From Ramazzottius varieornatus (lineage: Eukaryota > Animalia > Tardigrada): 64,000 nt of DNA. A program made the translations under genes and the position numbers. The notes under the pieces were generated by a model. The model searched no databases. It saw only the letters and a program-made list of their open reading frames with translations, and had not been told where the DNA came from. Location: assembly GCA_001949185.1 (NCBI GenBank), contig BDGG01000005.1, forward strand, positions 868,001 through 932,000, in the 5' to 3' direction. Shown here in pieces: positions 61,320-64,000 of this stretch. Positions within the stretch are counted from its first letter, which is position 1, and every line of letters starts with the position of its first letter.

Positions 61320-64000
61320 ATGGCTTCCTCCAAGCTTGTCGTCCTCCTTGTGGCCTGCGTGGCGGTATGCCTGGTCGCTCCGGCTTCGGCCTTTTTCTTC
61401 CGCAGCTACAACCCGAATGAACGCGCTTCCGGGTCAGGGTCAACATGCGCCAGTAAGACGTTCTCCCACCATGTCATTCACAAACTTCTCAACTTCGATT
61501 TGGGAGACCGGCAACCAACCTCGATGGGATCTTTAGCTTGAGTGGAGCACGTTTCAAACAGCACCACTTAAGAACGTTCCGCTCAAGATTGTTTGCCGGC
61601 ATGCCATTTGGTTTCTGAAATTCTGTCTTATCTGGCGTTGTTCGTATGTGACTTCAATGTGTCTGTTTTTTTTCCAGTTTGTACTGTCATGATGGGGCTT
61701 GTCGACCAACTTGCCGTCGTTCACCACGAATCCAACACGGCGGCCTTCAAACGCCTCTGCGCGGCTTATCCTCAACCCTACAGCCGCCTCTGCAACACCT
61801 TCCGTCTTCGTTACGGTTTCAAACTTGTCAGACAGTAAGTTTTCGCTTACGATGTAATACTACAGTAATTTACGACTTTGGCTTGTTATCCCGACAAATT
61901 TCCTAGCCCTGCGTCAAGTTCGTTTGTGATGAGCGTGGCTATAATACGAAGTGCTTTCTTCAGATTGGATAAAGGGGATACGCCAGATGTGGCTTGTATG
62001 GGTTCGGAGTTCTGCGCTCCTTCGCAGTGCCATTTATATCCCCTAAAGAGCCGCGAAGATCTCGCTCCGGCGCATATTGCTGAGCTGATTGCGATGCCGG
62101 GTCCTTCAGCCAAGCAGGATATCGAAACAAAGGGCGTATGCAGTATCCCATTCATGGGAACTGTCATCTGCAACATGCTCAACCTGCAGGCCTTTAGCAT
62201 CCAGTATCCTAAAGACGACAAGGACAAAGACGCTTTCAGCAAATCAAACGTGAGTCAACCATATGTACGGCACTCTAAAAAACATAAAGATTTTCAAGCT
62301 TTTCCTCATCCAAATGCAGTGACAATTATAATTGAGTTGAGTTGTACAAATGAGTGGACGTCAGTTAGGTGGACATCGAAGAGAAGATTAACTAACCATT
62401 TTTATACCATATCTCTGCCTCATAGATTTTGCGAGGAGCTGACTGGAGAGGAAAGGACTGCGGAGAAGGCAACGCGGCAATTTATCCTGGCCGAAAGTAA
62501 GACCGAAATAAAATATGAGCAGCTGAGCTGTTGAGAGAGTACGTTTTGAAGAGCTGAAGTAAGAATGGGGACATTTGAATATTTTAGCGTCGAATTTTAG
62601 GCCGAACCAAGGGGATAACTTTGTCGATTCAAACTGCAATGGAATCAAGGTAGGCTTCGTGTATAATAAATTTGTCTGATCTTTATACAGTAGATAGGGT
62701 CCGATGATAAGTTTTGATGCAGGGTTTCGATGCGGAAAGTCAGATGACATGGGAAGAAAAGCTGTGTGGAGACAGCCAGGCCAAGGGTGTCATTGCCTTG
62801 GGAGACTCGGTGACGGCCAACTTCCACGTCCCCGCCGAATGGTTTAACGCCACCATCTTGAGTAAGGAGTGGCTGGAGAATATGACCTACCTTATGGACA
62901 ACTCGATGAACTGGCCTCATACTTCCCTTTACACCGGTAAGCTTTACAAAAGATGACGGTTAATCCTTTCAGTTTGGACGTGCGCTGTTTGGCTGTAGGT
63001 TCAGTGAATGTGAGCTGGCCCATCGTCGATGGTCACACTGATTCTCTGTACCTCCGTATGCGAGAAAGGAACCTGTGCAACCACAGAGACTACCAGAACA
63101 TCGGCTTCAACGGCGCTCGAACCACCGATTCCGCCAAGCTTACCGAAAGGTATGTGCAACGTCATCGCGGACTTGACGTCATTAGCTTCAACCTCCTCTT
63201 ATGTCTGTTGTAGCCTGAAGCGAAGCCCTGTCCAGGATAAACCGGGATTGGTCATGTACTCTTACGTCGGAAACGATGTATGCAAATAGTAAGTCCGGAC
63301 TGCCATTAAAATTACCTTGAAGATCCTTATGGCAGTATAACCAGATGGATCGAACCAGATCGATGCATCAAGTGGCGCACGATCTCACTGTTACTGGCTG
63401 AAAGCGCGCGCTACTTGGGAAAGTCATCGGGTTTGGTTCGCTTGCCCAACTCCCATCTCAGTTGTGCAATATTAACTATGAAACCTTCTCTTTGTGTTGT
63501 GTCCAGCCACGTGAATCCAGCTCTCAGTGACGTCACGACACCCGCCCAAGCCGTCAAAGGCTTGCTAGACACCATGGCCCTTTTGAACACCAAAATGGCT
63601 CCTCTAAGCCATGTTATCGTGGTGGCGATTGCCGATGCTCGTATTTTATACGAAGGTTTGATCGATCGAATCCATCCCTTCGGAGCTACCATGGAAGACG
63701 TTACTTTCAATGACTTCTACAACTGGCTCGAGTGTCTAGACATCAGCCCGTGCCCAGGTTGGCTGACCAACAACGCAACTGTGCGCGAAGGCACAGCCCA
63801 GGTATTTCACCACAAAGCTGCGCAACAGCGTCTGTACGTCTCGCAGAAACGTGGAATAAGTATGAATGGATGGTTTGGTTTTAAAGGTTGTCCGCGATAT
63901 CAACGCGGCGCTTGAAAACTTTGTGAACGAGAACCCGAACCGATTCTCTAACTTTGAAATGATATTCGTTCCCAATCCCGTGGATGAAGGTATTAGTTTT
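61320..64000 (+). CDS. AOAH: Acyloxyacyl hydrolase (saposin-B + GDSL lipase), 3' end beyond the window
   Basis: Signal peptide; saposin CA|ICTVMMGLVDQL...C; CHLYP; FRGADWRGKDC; DSNCNGI; IALGDSVTANFH with catalytic Ser; LRMRERNLCNHRDYQNI; GNDVC; YNWLECLDISPCPGW. Confidence 0.94.
61528..61580. repeat. Palindrome copy with shortened spacer (AOAH intron 1)
   Basis: gatc-N9-agtggagca-cgtttcaaac-agcaccact. Confidence 0.7.
63357..63428. repeat. Palindrome copy (AOAH intron)
   Basis: gatc-N9-agtggcgca-N27-cgcgctact-N9-catc. Confidence 0.9.

Noticed and set aside
1492-63428. 71-bp palindromes as CRISPR repeats, snoRNAs/tRNAs or introner elements
   Set aside because: They are dispersed rather than arrayed and have no cas genes nearby. 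They occur in both orientations relative to host transcripts, lack C/D, H/ACA or cloverleaf features, and lie inside introns rather than forming the splice boundaries.

Overview
Gene-dense animal genomic DNA with many short GT-AG introns and one 50-N gap at 53119-53168. The compact style would fit a small invertebrate genome such as a tardigrade, but the species cannot be determined from the sequence. About 20 spliced genes are recognisable: DAPK (kinase-ankyrin-ROC/COR-death domain), two BTB/MATH-BTB proteins, IFT57, VPS26C/DSCR3, an enoyl-CoA hydratase, a disabled WSCD-like sulfotransferase, two tandem doublecortin-domain paralogs, a Kazal-like secreted peptide, two tandem divergent Shaker-type Kv subunits, glycogenin, IP6K, NIPSNAP, an LRRN-like receptor, the 5' part of acyloxyacyl hydrolase, and several orphans. 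The most striking unexplained signal is a ~71-bp palindromic element, GATC-N9-AGTGGCGCA-N27-TGCGCCACT-N9-GATC, seen in at least 17 copies. All 13 copies in confidently modelled genes are intronic. The motif blocks and spacer lengths are conserved while the spacer sequences diverge. Other highlights are a glycogenin with a ~400-aa Q/G/P/H-rich tail carrying seven RxxS/TP motifs, two Kv subunits with a PVP-to-SIP gate change, a DCX protein ending in KKPKKKKGGCC, and several TA-flanked MITEs including a nested composite at 60.3-60.9 kb. Exon boundaries were read by eye and family calls come from recalled motifs; no database searches were run.
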